Shown: piece by piece, positions 38,498 to 51,984 of the stretch
Position numbering within the stretch: position 1 is the stretch's first letter
Layout of the letters: each line of letters opens with the position of its first letter
NCBI RefSeq assembly: GCF_036321535.1
Contig: NC_087436.1
Span: 103,666,001-103,730,000, forward strand
DNA from: Camelus dromedarius
Taxonomy: Eukaryota
Length of the DNA stretch: 64,000 nucleotides
Reading direction: 5' to 3'
Notes under the pieces: generated by a model
Databases searched by the model: none
Told to the model about the DNA's origin: nothing
What the model saw: the letters and a program-made list of their open reading frames with translations, nothing else
Position numbers and translations under genes: made by a program

Positions 38498-41269
38498 AAG
38501 TTGAGTTCTCCTACTTCTTATAAACACAGGAAAGAAGTTGTATGTGTTCTTTTGAACAAATATACTTTTTTGCATGGCTGTCAAGGTTTGCTTTTAATAC
38601 CATCCATTAATGTATAGCTTTCTTGTCATTTGACAGTTTTAATAAGCTACTTCCATGTCATAATCAGCAGCAGTAATTTTTGGAGCTGGCATTTCCTCTT
38701 CTGGGCAGAGGATGCTACAGTCATTATGGAATTAACCTAATATTCTTCCAGCATCATTTTAAAATAATGCTATTATAATGTCTTCGTGGTTATATCTGTT
38801 ACCGTAGGATTGCAATGTGTTCTTGTAAATCTTGTTAATTTTCTGAATGCACAATCTATAAAGATCCTTATCCTTCCACAGAAAAGAAATACTAACATCA
38901 GTAAATCTTCCCATGTACGTAAGTTTTTTTCTTTGTTTATTTTGTTTTGTTTTAATTAACAGTTGAAACAATTCCTTTCACGTTACTTTAGCGTTATCCT
39001 TTGGGGGGGTCTCCGAAAATGAACCAATTCACTTCAGTAAATCACTGCCATCATTCTACTTACCAGACTGAAGTTTATTGGAAGAGAAGGACTAAATGTG
39101 CCTAGCTGGAAAAAAAGAAAATAACTCCCATGAACTCTCAGTTAATGGTATGTCTTGTATCCCGCCCCCACCACCACACACACACATACACACACACTCA
39201 TCTTTTGCAGTGTAGTTTCGGCTCCAAACTTTTTTCTTAAAAAGCATTTGGTAACTGATTATGAGAATGATTCCCCCTCATTCTTTAAATGACCCGTTAA
39301 AATATCATTGTAAAACTTTCTATCATAAAGTCCAAATCCTCGTGATGTGTGAAACCAGCCCAAGGAGAAGAACCACAGAAAGGTTATATATTGAGACTGG
39401 AAGAAAAAAACCTCTCAGAGCTCTCATCTCCAAGTTCTCATTTTACCAATCAAGAAGCAAAGTCTAACAAGAGTCCAAAGGTGATTTTTAACACCATAGC
39501 AACCTAAGGGACAAATCTAGCAACAGCAGAACCCATTTCAAAGAGCAGAGGGTAAATGCAGGGCATCAAATTCTCTTTAGCAAAGTGGCAGCAGAGAGGG
39601 ACAGTTCCAAAACACACATAGGTTAATTTTATTTTTCTTTCTATGAACCAATCATGAATTCTAGGAGAAAAGTGTTGATCAGAATCCCTTTAAAAATAAT
39701 AACAGGAAAAGATAAGAATGACAGCAACGTATAGCCTGAATTCTGAGAATTAAACCAGAAAATTTAAACTAGAAAGTCAACACTAAGAGATGTAAAAATA
39801 TGCAAAAGATGCCTGAAAGATCCAATGACTTGGTGTAAACAAGCAAGGAAATCAAAATGGATGTTATGTAATAAAAGGTTATCTGAAGAATGAGTGAGCC
39901 AAGGACCAGGACGGAGAAGAGGTCCCTTAGAGTTTAGGAAAACAGAGGTAGAGCCTAGTGTTGGCAGAAGGGAGGGGCCCTGGCTCCCAGCCTCCAGCCC
40001 TCCAAGCCCTGCATGTCCCTCTTGTGGAGAACCAACCCTGGGTCTCTTAGCCCACAGTTGTCAAACATTCATCTCCTAACACTAACTCCCTTTGTTCTAA
40101 TGCTGTGCTCACCAGGCAGACTTCTAACTTTCAACTCATTTCCAGAAGAGATTTGCCAGCATTCTAGTCTAATTACATTGGTAGCTAAATTCTGCTTGGT
40201 AAATCACACAAATTGGCATTTCTCACTTGCGAGTTTATCTGAATCTAGTTTATAGAAACAACTGGGAAAGTAATAAAGTATTCAGGCCTGATACTGCCTA
40301 AGGATCATTTTCCATCGCCCTCCACCTTATGCTGTACCACTCCCTCAGTTACCCATTTCCCATTTTTGGTCCATCTCCATCAAACATTGGTGCTTACTTT
40401 CCACCAAGCCCTTCCAGTTGATCCCTGCAGCTTCAGACTGGCCACCTGCCTTTGATTATCCTCACTTCTCCAGTCTAGAGGTTTTAGATCTCCAGGGTAT
40501 AATTATGATCAAGGCCTCTGACGTCTGTGCCCCATGCAGGGTGACTCCCCACCCAGGGCGATTGCCCACCCTGCTTTAATCCAATAAGCAGAATAGATCA
40601 GAGAATGGAGGACTCAACTTTTAACAAAAGTTCATGAAGGCAACAAATTAAAATGAGATCCTAATGCATCCATTAATTATTGCTACTTTTTGTTCATTAT
40701 CTTTCCCCCAGACTTGGCCAAAATACTTTCTCTCAATCCCAGAGAGAAATCTCCTGACTTTAGCCCATCCTGAAACCCACCGGCAGTCTTCTGTTATTCT
40801 TACCTGGAAAGAATGCTTAGGATTCTATATCTCATAGGAGATTAGGAACCCAAAGGTCTAGGGGACAGTTTGAAATGCTTTCATCAAATAGCCATGGTTC
40901 TGTAGGAAAGTCATCTGTTACAGAGTCATGGACCTTAAGAGTTGGAAAGGATGTGGGGGATCATTTAATCTGACCCAACTATAATGACTCTACTTATATA
41001 GCAAGACTTCTCCAAAGTCGCAGATAAAAGAAATTAGACTTGAAACTGTGCTTACACTCAAATCCAGATTTTTTTTCCCCACTCAGCCAGGCCTGTTCTG
41101 CCTGTCTTAATTTCATTAGCAGCAAATAAATGGGTTGAATTTAAAGAGATTGTTATTCTGAAAGTCCACAAGAACCTCAGCAAGGCTTCTAGTATCAGGT
41201 TCCTACCCCCATTTCAGTTGAAATTGTAGGGGGAAGGAACTATTAAGATGATATTAATTTGTTCTGGTA

Positions 41270-41541
41270 GCATTGCTCCGCTGGGAGAACATGAGACATG
41301 ATCCATCACCTATGGAACACAGCCTGCCTGACAATGAAGCCAACACAGAGGAAGGTGGATCTCAGAGCCGGAGACAGCATCTTGGCAGCATCTCTGGGAC
41401 ACCCAGAGACAGGGACGTCTAAAGCTAGGCCTGGCTCCGCACAATCGCAGTTCTATGAAGTGAAGGGAAAAAGGTCTCATTTTACTTAAAGGAGTTTGGG
41501 TTATGTCTCTTTCACTTGAAATCAGAAAAAGACCTAATACA
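41270..41541 (+). mobile_element. MaLR LTR 3' part (MLT1J-like)
   Basis: agcctgcctgacaatgaagccaacacagaggaag...gagtttgggttatgtctctttcacttgaaatcagaaaaagacctaataca. Confidence 0.7.
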
Positions 41542-41687
41542 GAGGGGAGGGTATAGCTCAGTGCTAGAGTGTGTGCTTAGCATGCATGAGGTCCTGGGTT
41601 CAATCCCCAGTATCTCCATTAAAAGAATAAATAATAAACAAACAAACAAGAAACAAACCTACCTAATTACCCCACCACCACCAAAAG
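41542..41687 (+). mobile_element. tRNA-Ala-derived SINE (Vic-1 type) inserted at the end of an MLT1 LTR
   Basis: ggggagggtatagctcagtgctagagtgtgtgcttagcatgcatgaggtcctgggttcaatccccag; TSD agacctaataca at 41530-41541 and 41688-41699. Confidence 0.92.
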
Positions 41688-41849
41688 AGACCTAATACAA
41701 TGATGGACTATTCATGCTGCTTGAGGGAAAGTGATGGTTAAGTGATGGATGAGGTTCTAAAGTGAGGACTGCGGAGTAAGTGTGAAAAACGGGCTGAGCG
41801 TTCCAGGAAGTGTTGAGCCGGAACTGTGGTTTGGGTAGGAGATAAGTGT

Positions 41850-41975
41850 CTTCAGTGATCCAGTGATCCAGTTTTCTCATCTATAAAGCAGAGATCACAC
41901 CTCCCTCACGGCGCTATTGTGAGGACTAAATTAGTTTATAAATGTAAAATGATCAGATCGGTGCCTGGCACTCTA
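41850..41975 (+). mobile_element. MIR fragment
   Basis: cagttttctcatctataaagcagag...ctattgtgaggactaaatt...gtgcctggcac. Confidence 0.8.
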
Positions 41976-43689
41976 ATATCTGTACAATAGTGTGCATTTT
42001 ATACAAGATATTAATTAGAAATGAAAGTCAAAGTGTAATTTATGGCAAACTTCACTTGGGCTACATTCAAGTTGGGAGACCTCACTACTCCTGGTCTGGC
42101 ACCTGTAGAAACTGGGAGAGCCCCGGATGGCTGGGTTAATGAAAGGGATCTCTTCCTGTGCTTTGAGAGTCACATCCGGATTCCAAAACTCCCCTGCTAG
42201 GTGAGTGCTTCATTAATATGTGTGTATTTCTGCGTACATTTTAGCTTTACTTTTTACAATCTAGAAGAATCAAGATGTTATTTAATGCCGTAGCAGCTAC
42301 AGTCATAACACCATCAATTCTTCAATCCATGGCCCAAAAAGATGGTGTCATGTCTCTTATAAATTTCTAGCACCATGATCTTGCCAAGCTCTAGATTTGG
42401 AGGCTCCCTTGCCCATCTCATTTTCAGGCAGACCCCAAGTCAGAAAAACTGAGTTAACAAACTTCTCTCCTTAGAAAAACACTCACTCGTGGCAATGAAC
42501 TTCCAGAATTCTTTTGAACTCTGCCTCTTCTGAGTTTGTGATGTGAATAGAACTTGCAATTAATTATCAACATGAATAATATACGACTGTGAGACAAGAA
42601 ATAAGTCAAAGGTGCCAAAGAGTTTTATCCCCAGTTTCACACACGGATGTTCTTGCAAACACACATTCCATTTTAAACATGTCAGCACATTTGAGGATAG
42701 GAACTTTTTGGTGCTGGCCTTTTTGAAGGTGGCTCATTAGTGAACAGCTCATGCAATCAGTAAGTTACCGACCGAGGACCAAGAGACCGAGTTTCTTATC
42801 TCTGTTTTTACATGCGCAAGTGTCTCAGATGTATTGATGAAATGAGATTCTTCCCTCTCTCTCTCTCCCTCAACTCTTTCTCTTTCTCTCTCTCCCCACT
42901 GAATATCACAATAATTACCTAGAACACAGTAGAGTTTTACCAACAAGTAATTCTTTCTAAGCCCCAAATGTGCCTTTTGATCACCTTGCTTTTCCCTCTC
43001 ACCACCAGCTAAGTGTCCCCAGGTAAGTGACAGGCCTTTTTAATAATAAGTTAAGGCTTTGTAGCAATCTCAAGATTTGGGATATAAGATCCAATACCAT
43101 AAGACTTAACAAATGGTCAGTTAAGGATACAGTTTGAAGTTCCACAGGAAAAATAGATTGGGCTAACACAATGGGCATTCTTTATGTCAGTATTCATGCT
43201 AAGTTAAAATGGTGATGCTCAGTTTTTTTGGCATGCTTTCCAGGTTTCCAATTTTTTTTTTTCTGATTTTTTTTTTCTCCATAACAACTGCAGAGGCCAA
43301 TATGGCAGATAGCAGGCTCAGGCTAATTTGGTTGACCAACTGAATCAAATGGACTGTTAGTGAGTTACTAGCAGGGTTGTAGACGTGCATGAATAATTTT
43401 GGCTGATAGCCATAACATTCCAATCCACATTCCTGCTAGTCTGTGTGGCATGAGGGCAGAGTGAACATAATTGCTTCCTCTTTGGTCGGGACACCTCACT
43501 AGCATTCCTGGTGTTGACCGCCCAATGCATCAAAGATCCCAACTCCTCTGAGCTTTCCAGAGAGAGGTAGGATAAAACCACTGCGTTCTGCTGCTTTCTT
43601 TGGCCAAAGAAAAAGACAACAAAGGTACAACCCTTCCTCCTTCTTCGATCTCTCTAGGGAAGCATCTGGCAGATAGGGTTCAACCTCTG

Positions 43690-43880
43690 GCTGCAGAGAT
43701 CTGGCCTCCAGCTCCAGCCTGACCAGGTACTAGCTCGAGGGACTTTAGCAGATCATTTCTATTCCGTGCTGCTCGTTTCTTCGCCTACAAAATGGACTTC
43801 CTAATGTCTGCCTTTCAAGGTTCTTGGGAGAATTTGATGTCATGAAACTGATAAAAAGTAGGAGCCTAGAAAATAGTAGT
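43690..43880 (+). mobile_element. MIR, degraded
   Basis: tttcttcgcctacaaaatgg...caaggttcttgggagaattt. Confidence 0.5.
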
Positions 43881-44335
43881 TCTTGGTAAAAATTTCAGAG
43901 ATAGGAAAAGAAAAATTTAGCAAAAGCACAGACGTAAAATAAGCAGAGACGTAAAATTAATGCTATCAAAGCAACAATAGTACTATTGTGGTTATTAAAC
44001 TGGTTCTAGGTGGTATTATAAACAAGATGATTTAAAAATGACTCAAGGGGTTCTCTCTGAATTGTCTAAACAAGGAGCTAGCCTTACTCTTTCCTCCAGC
44101 AAGAAGAGCTTACTCTTCACTCATTCGTCCACGGGACTAGGACTTCCTCCCCCAGCAGGAGGACCTGTGATGACCCACAGGTCCCCGAGTCTGTAGGTCC
44201 TGAGAAACAAGTTTTCCCAGACAACTCCTGTAACAGCAGCACTTGAATCCAGAGTATCTGGATTCCAAGTAGCATAATTGTCTTTTCCCACCACAACACG
44301 CCCACATGGCAAGGTCCCTTTCCCCTGGTGGATTT

Positions 44336-44678
44336 TCTATCAGTCTATTTGAGCTGCTAAAACAAAATACCCCAGACTGAGTAGCTTATACACAATAGAA
44401 ATTTATTTCTCAGAGTCTGGAGACTGGAAGTCCAAGATCAAGGAGACAGCATGGTCAGTTTCTGATGGAGCCGTCTCCCTGGCACCTCTGTGTCTTCACA
44501 TAGCAGAAGGGATGAGGGATCCCCGTGGGATCTCTCTATTAGCACACTTATCACATTCTTGAGGGCTCCATCCTCATGACCGAAGCACCTCCCAAAATTC
44601 TACCTCCTAACACCACCACTCTAGGTGTTAGGATTTCAGCATGTGAATTTGAGGGGAAACACACATTCAGACATTGTT
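44336..44678 (-). mobile_element. MaLR solo LTR (MLT1A0-like)
   Basis: gctgctaaaacaaaataccccagactgagtagcttata...gaaatttatttctca...aagtccaagatcaagg...gaatttgagggg...cattcagac. Confidence 0.9.
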
Positions 44679-45214
44679 AGAAAGCATGGTGACAGGCGAC
44701 ATGTTTTCTGTCCTGAAATTTATCCTTTTTTTTTTTTTTTTTTTTTTGGCAAAGTATCCTGGCCCTAGATCCCCTTTCCTTGGGGATAATGTGAGATTTC
44801 AGGACTGTGTACTTTCTTGTCTTGCTCACCCTTGTTTTGTCAGTTTCCCAAAAGAAGCCTCTTCCTTAATCATACCCTGTGATACTGTGGAATTTGTCTG
44901 GAGCCTACTGTACACCTGTCTAAAAGTCTAGAATTTTTTTCCATCAATCCTAAAGATCCATCTGTGAGTTCTAGTTACATCATCTTCCCTTAAATGGGCA
45001 CAGATTTTGTTCTCTGTGCACAGCATTCTACACATCCCAGGAGGGCAAATTAATCAAACACTATTCTTGTCCTCAAAGGGTTTCGTTTTTGTCATAATTA
45101 TGCTGTCATTCCATAGCTTTAGTAGGAAAGAAAATAAATGCAATGGATTTAGCAGAACAGAACAAAAATTTACCCTCAGTGGCACCTGTGTCACCCATTG
45201 ATTGAGAATAAATT

Positions 45215-45375
45215 ATGAACCAGGTACCCTACAAACCACTTTATAGGCAGTGTTTTACAAAATTCTTGGACTTACCCTCTGCTAAGAGAACTGGAATTCA
45301 GAGAGGTTAAGTAACTTGCCTGAGGTCACACAGCTAGCGAGTGATGAAAAAGAGTTTGGACTCAGATCTGTTCTT
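45215..45375 (-). mobile_element. MIR
   Basis: cagagaggttaagtaacttgcctgaggtcacacagcta. Confidence 0.85.
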
Positions 45376-46139
45376 GTAATAATAAGTCATCCTGCTTCCT
45401 AAGCAACTTGAATAGCCAAAGGGAAACACAGGGCAGATGAATGGGGCTGGACTCAACACCAGTGCATTTAGTCTATTTTTCTCCCATCACTAAAAGAGTG
45501 CCTCAAGTCCCTGAGGGTCTGAGTGTGTCTCGGTAAATGATCATTTGCTTCCAGGGAGTGACTTAGTCATTAAGGAAGAAAACAAGCAGAGTAGTTCCAG
45601 ATGCACAAACCCCATTCCAAAGTATCCTTGTCCACTGATCAGTACTCATAAGGTTCATATTTAAAGCCTTGTCATATTCAAAATGCTCAAAGTATATGGT
45701 GAGTTTTTACATCGTGAGCTGGGGAAGAATAAGGGCAGAGTTTCTGAAGTTATAGCAAAGTCTACAAACCATACAGATGAAACAAACTGATATTTTTCAA
45801 GTTTCGCATGAAGCTGTTTTCATAGTCTTTCAAATATTTACTGTTTTTAGGGGCCCGAGGCACTGTTCCCCTCGAAGAGCTATAAAGAAGCAAAGAAGTA
45901 ATAAATGAGCAAGTAAATGCTACAAATTACTTGAATGTGCTCTATAAATTCCATTAATACTATCATGAACGGTAAACATATTGACCCAAAGGAAGGTGAA
46001 AATGGAACTCACATTTGTTCAGAACCAATTGGGTGCTGAGTTTTTAGGCGGAAGATAATACCATTTAATCCTCAGAGAGTAAACATTTGTATTTGTTTTT
46101 CGCTTCCCAGCTTCATATTCCCTTTCCTACATTGAAGTA

Positions 46140-46450
46140 ACTCTCCCCCTAATGATTCTTGCTGGGAGGCTGAGCCAGCCTCTTATTTTGCAGCCAAAGT
46201 CGAGAAAATGCTCCTGTTTCAGGCAACCAGTTGTGCCTGCCCCAGAGTTTGAACAAAGAACCAGTGAGAGAAAGACGCAGCAATTCCACCACAACCAGTT
46301 CCAGACCAGCCTGTGGCTTGACTTTGGCCATTGTTCTTTCCGCCTCCATGCTCCGTTCCCCATCACTTCAGGTGATTCTTTCAATAAATCCTATTTCTGC
46401 TTAATTTGGCCAGATTTGGTTTCTGTTGCTTGCAACTCAGAACCCTGAAG
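46140..46450 (+). mobile_element. ERVL LTR 3' part (LTR33/LTR16-like)
   Basis: Terminal aataaatcctatttctgcttaatttggccagatttggtttctgttgcttgcaactcagaaccctga is typical of ERVL LTR ends. Confidence 0.7.
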
Positions 46451-47554
46451 GACCTACTGTGCAACGATCTATCCTTTGGCACGAGTATTATTATCTCTAC
46501 TATAGAATCGAGGAAATGGAGGCTACGAGGTCTCCAGTGACCTTTCCAAGGTCACACAGCTCATAAGGAACAGTGCATAAGTGACTAAACTGTGGACAAT
46601 GGATTCTCTCTATGTTCTGATAAGAAATACTCAGTGAAACCCAAAGCCTGTCTGAGCAGCATCGTTACCTAATCAAAGCTACCCAGGGGGACAGTTGCCT
46701 AATGGCTCCTCCTCCAGAGTTGCAGTTTGCAATGAATTGTTAAGCAAATTGACATATTTTAGGAGACCAAGTTTATGAGCTGTCTCTTTTGTAAAATTTC
46801 TCTGACTATTCCAAGCAGAAGTGAACTTCTTCTCATGGAATACTGTGTGTTTTGATACTGACATTGCTATATTGTCTTGCAAAGCCACCCACTTGGGGCC
46901 CTTTAACCACAAGAGATACAGGAAGCTTCATCCGTCCCCCAGCTCTGGCCACCCCACGACAAGTCAGGTGGAGGATGGAGGGGAGAAACGTCTTCCTTCA
47001 TGCTGTAGCACATGAGAACTTGGAAGCTCTGCTGCTCTTCTGAGCAGAGGCTGGACAAGACCCTGCCCTGACACAAGGAAGGCGCAATGAAGAGAAGTCA
47101 TTGCAGAACGTGAGATTGTCACCTCTGTGTTTAGGAAGTGCTCCTTATTGTTACAAGTAGCTGAGTGGGTCACACTCAAAGAAGGCTGAAGGAATCCAGT
47201 GTTTTGAAGTTCAAGTCTTCCTACCTTCCACTGCTTGCATCTCAATAAACAGACTCGGTGGGTAGAGAGTGGCTTGGGTGACACTCCAAGTAGTGACGAC
47301 TGGGACTTCCCTACTGGCCGGCAGAAGAGCCTGCCTCATAACGAAAACAGACACCGGGTCTTGTGTTTAAGTACAACAAGCACTGTGAGGTTTCCTCAGG
47401 CTCTGACAGATCTCTGCCAGAATTAAGCAGGACCCACCAGTGGCTCCAGAGAGGTCCTTGCCTTTCAAGTGGGAAAGGCTGATTCACCCCCCGCCCCCGA
47501 TCTACCTAAAAGCCTTGAACACACTGGCCGGAATGTCCGGTCACCTTCAGCATG

Positions 47555-47720
47555 TGGGCTTCGGAGTCAGTCTGCCCGGGTTCAAACTCTGCCTCTGCGT
47601 TTGCTGCTCATCACTTTTGCCCCGTTACTTAGGCTTTTTTGTGTCTCGCTTGCCTCATCTATAAAATAGGAATTATAATAGGACCTACCACCTAAGGTTG
47701 TAATGAAGAATAAATAATTC
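47555..47720 (+). mobile_element. MIR
   Basis: ggagtcagtctgcccgggttcaaactctgcctctgc...cctcatctataaaataggaattataata...ggttgtaatgaagaataaat. Confidence 0.85.
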
Positions 47721-48099
47721 CTTCCTTTAAAAGTCCTGAATATAACTCAAAATGATAGTCTGTCTATAAACACCCATATATCTTTTGGCTTCTAGGTAAA
47801 GCTGAGTTAAAATTTTGTGGTTAGCCCGGTGCGTCCAGGCCCCCAAGCATCACAGCAGGGCCAAGTTACTCCATGTCCCCAGACCTCGCCTCCATGTGTG
47901 TGAAAAGAGCACATGATGGATTACAGTAAGCCTCACAGGCTTGAGGTCAGGATCAGATGCCAAAAGGACTAAAAATGTCAAAATGCAAATTGCAAAATGA
48001 AAATTGTAAAATGTCAAAAGGGACTAAAAATGGGCAGGGGTGATTAAAAACTTTCCAAGACAAAAATTGGGCTTCTTGCTGTTTCTTGGGTGTGCTGGC

Positions 48100-48234
48100 C
48101 ATAGTCTCACCTCAGACCTTTATCCCCTGCGCTCTGTGTCTGGAACTGTCTTCCACCAGTGCCTTCTGCTCCAGCTCAAAAACCAAAGTACTGCCTTGGA
48201 AGGGTTTCTCCTGACCATTGTTGCTTAGTCAACC

Positions 48235-48303
<69 letters not shown>

Positions 48304-48530
48304 CCAGTCCCTTGTCCTGCACTGTTTTATGAAGTCCACTGATTATATGTTTTATGTATTTATTTGTGATTTGCTTGTTTCCTGCCACCATCCTACCCCC
48401 ATCCCACTGGAATATAAACTCCCTGAAGACAAGCATTTGTTAACTTCTGCCTTTGAGCCACTGGAAGAGTAGCTGGTACCTGGTAAGTGTTCCCTGAATA
48501 TGTATTCAGTGCATTAAAGAATGAATTTGG
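48100..48530 (+). mobile_element. L2 3' end containing a (CA)n microsatellite
   Basis: ccactggaatataaactccctgaagacaag...tggtacctggtaagtg...gaatgaat. Confidence 0.7.
48237..48300. repeat. Perfect (CA)32 microsatellite
   Basis: Read directly from the sequence. Confidence 0.97.
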
Positions 48531-48866
48531 TCCCACTGACTCTGATACGGCTCCAGCTAACACTGTAGCTAAAATCATCTACTTACTTCCGTCTTCAGGC
48601 ATCAGAGTGGCCAAGATTTGTCAAGGTCGCCAAGGACAGTGATGTTCACACTCTCAGCTCCCAGTCTCAGTTTCCCAGGCCAGACCTTGCCCATTTTTGA
48701 CCCACCCAGCCCTCAGGGCCTTTGTCCCCAGCCCGGAGCACATCTCTCCCCAAACTCTAGGTTCCAGACACACAGCACCTCTTTCTATGTGGGCCTTGAT
48801 GAGGAAAAGCTTGAGAAGCACTGCTCCAGGGAGCCTGTGTGATTCCAGAGAGGTGCCCCAGGACCG

Positions 48867-49003
48867 CATGCATGGCATGGCTTGGCACGGCGTGTTGTGT
48901 TGTGAGGTGGTGTGTTGCGGTGTGGTATGGAGTGGTATGGTGTGGAATGGTGTGCTGTGAAGTGGTGTGGTGTGTTGTGGTGTATGTGGTATGTTATGGA
49001 GTG
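48867..49003. repeat. Degenerate 5-bp-period repeat (CATGG drifting to TGTGG/TATGG)
   Basis: catgg catgg cttgg cacgg cgtgt tgtgt tgtga ggtgg ... tatgg agtgg tatgg tgtgg aatgg. Confidence 0.85.
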
Positions 49004-50008
49004 ATTTGGGGTGGCAGAGGAACCCAGGGGCCTGACTCCTGGGCACCCCCCCCCACTTCTTCCCTGCTTTACATAGTGAACGTCTAGATTGTGATATGCG
49101 AGAAATGACTCCAAGATCGGAGGGATCTTCACGGAGGCAGCTTGTACCCTCGGGGGCACCCTTACAGACCCTCTAGAAAAACAAACATTTCTACCCCAGT
49201 GGGTGCCTCATTGACTGCATTCCTCCAAATCACAAATTATCCTGCAGAAGGTAATACTGGCATTCCTGGCACTTTAGAGAGAGCGAATTTATTTACCCAT
49301 TTTCCTGAGGGCAGGGGGTGGGGGGAAGGCTGCTGTCCTAGGGATGTTACAGGAGACAGAGCTGCAGTGCTATGACATGACCAGAAAAGGTGCCAAAGGG
49401 GAGGAAGGGGCACCAGAGACCAATGACCCATCCCAATGTCACCTCCGCTCACATTGGTAGTTGGATGATGTTGCCCTGTTGGCCCTACTCTGTCCCTACA
49501 CAGACCAATTGGCCCAAAGCCATTCACGAGCTGACTGCCAACACTAATTCCCAGGCAATCCTTCTCTGTGTATCCTGCCACTGAAGCAGGTTTTCAATGG
49601 CCTCCGCCTGCGGGATATTGCTACTCATTCAGGGGTAAATTTCCAGTGCAGGGCAGCATAATGATCCTCATTAATGATGATATTATTCATGTAGCTAAAA
49701 TCGGCATGCCCCCAGCTAGAACATTTCCCTGTAGAAGCTGCAACCCTTATCTACTCAGAAATCCTTCATTACAGGTAGGTAATGTGTTTGCTCTGTACAG
49801 GAGTCTGATGCACGATAATAGCCTCCCTCATTGTGACTTTGAATCCTTTAAAACACTAGGGGGTTTTATGTGCACGTTTAATCACTAAGCCCAGACTTTT
49901 GCTTGAGAGTATCCTGCCATCAGGGCAGGTGACAGGACGTGGCACTCACTCTCAAGGTCTGTATTAGGAGAGCCTCATTCATTGCAAATATGTTCTCCAC
50001 ACATAAAA

Positions 50009-50225
50009 CAGTGCTTCTCATCCTCAAAGATACTGACGTTTTGAGCTGAGTAATTCTTGGATGGAGTGGAGGGCTGTCCTGTACATTGTAGAATATTTAA
50101 CAGCATCCCTGCCTTCTACCCAATAGATGCCAGTAGCATCCTATCCCCAGTATGACAACCAAAAGTATCTACAGATGTTATCAAATATACCCTGAGGGGT
50201 CAAACTGGCCCCAGTTGAGAACCAA
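50009..50225 (-). mobile_element. MER20 hAT MITE
   Basis: gggctgtcctgtacattgtagaatatttaacagcatccctgccttctacccaatagatgccagtagca...ccccagttgagaacca. Confidence 0.9.
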
Positions 50226-51119
50226 GCATAAAATTAAATGAAAGGAAAGGAGAGATATCCCCTTTCGTCCTAAAGCCCAAAATGTAAAGCCCAGTCTACA
50301 CACAAAGAAACTCACATGGCTAATAACAAAGCAGGTATGAGAGGAGAAAACTCAGAAATGGGAAGCAACTTCTGAATGGTCTCACAGGAAGGATGGCAGG
50401 GCCTGGACTAGTTATTCAAGTCCCCAAACTCCAAGTTTTTAACTTACTACTTTTTACATTTATTCATTTATTTATTCGTCAAGCATGTATATTTGTATTT
50501 AATCTAATGTAAAGTGCTGAGCTGAAGTTTGGAGATGAGAGAAAAAGAGGCACATTTCCCAATAACAATAACAATGAGATAATTTATCAGGTGCCTTTTA
50601 TGTATCCATGGATGAGGCGTTTTAGATCTATCATGTCATTCAATCCTCATAAAAAATCTATGAGGTTGGTACTAGTTCCTCACTGGTGATATTGATGGGT
50701 GAAATTAGACACTGGAGCCCCATAAGTCACATGACATTTACAAAGCCCAGCATCGTACTAAGAAATACTCCAAGAGCCCTCTAGGAGTGATGTATCCAGT
50801 AGAGTAGAGAGTGGTCCACAGTCCTCACTGCTGGTAAAGAAACATCACCCATCTGCCAGCTATACATGATGTGTAACAAAAGAAGCAGTTGCAGCAGCAC
50901 AGAGTTGGGGTCAAACCCTGGCTCCGTCCCTTCTCTTTGCATCCTTGAGCTAATCATGTAAAGTCACTGAGCCTTGATTCCCCTGTTTAAAATGAAGACT
51001 TCAAGAGATCCAGCAGACAGTTAGTATGGTTATAAAATAAGATCACATCTTCAGGTCAACACAGGCAGCCCTTGTAAGAGTGAATGCTCACCAAATGTCA
51101 GACTCCTTTCCTTTTCCTA

Positions 51120-51420
51120 ATCTCTCTGTGCCTCATTTCCCTTACCTATAAAATGGAAGTAATAAGAGTTGCTACTTTGTAAAGTTGCTCTGCAGGCTAA
51201 GAGGGAATATATATGCAATGTATGGGGGCTGGAGGTTTTTTTTTTAATTGAAGTATAGTCGGTTTACAATGTTATGTTAATTTCTAGTGTACAGCTTAGT
51301 GATTCAATTATATATATATATTCCTTTTTATATTCTTTTTCATTATAGGCTATTACAAGGTATTGAATATAGCTCCCTATGCTATACAGTAGGCTGGAGG
51401 TTAATAAATGTCAGCTTTAG
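51120..51420 (+). mobile_element. MIR interrupted by a young L1 fragment
   Basis: ctctctgtgcctcatttcccttacctataaaatggaagtaata; tail ttaataaatg resumes after the L1. Confidence 0.7.
51238..51391 (-). mobile_element. Young 5'-truncated L1 3' end
   Basis: Poly(T) then aattgaagtatagtc...tttacaatgtt...tattgaatatagctccctatgctatacagta; perfect 11-bp TSD ggctggaggtt at 51227-51237 and 51392-51402. Confidence 0.92.
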
Positions 51421-51984
51421 TTATTTTTGCGAAGGTAAATAGCTATGGAATATCTTTAATGGATAAATCAAAGGTGAGGACTCACGGATGTACTATGGAA
51501 ATGAAGTAGCAGGCTTTCCTTCCAATGCCCACTCCCCTTCTACCCCGTTTTATAAATTAACAGGTGAGAAAGCTGAGATCCCTAACACTGAAACAATTTT
51601 CTTAAGATTTCTCAAGAAGTTAATTGTGCCTTTTTCTGGCTCCCAGACCCAGGCCTTCCTACCTCCTTCTTTTTACCTCCTATGGGCTGCCCTGATCCTA
51701 GCTGGAAGAAGACCTCCCATGGATGAGAAAAGTGACACCCGTGTCACAGCCTGTCCATATCAAGGTCACATTACAGATTTCATGGTGTTGTCATTGAATT
51801 TGAAGAGTCAAGAGGGGATTAACAACAGAGCAATATTCACGTAGAAATGAGCTGCTCCAGCTCCTGCTGGGTCTGCCCCCATTGGAGACGCTACTGAACC
51901 ACTCAGTTCTCACTAATTATCACCTCCTCAGTGAGCCTTTCCCACCAAAAGGAGCACATCCCCCACGCCAGTTTGTCTTCATCA

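Noticed and set aside
40804..40899. Minus-strand 96-nt exon (ctttcctacag ... CAG|gtaaga)
   Set aside because: It has stops in all three frames and a short pyrimidine tract, with no other support.
47960..48032. Repeated ggactaaaaatg / aaaatgtcaaaa motifs, and short duplications at 18622-18653 and 43930-43957
   Set aside because: Ordinary small slippage duplications in low-complexity sequence.
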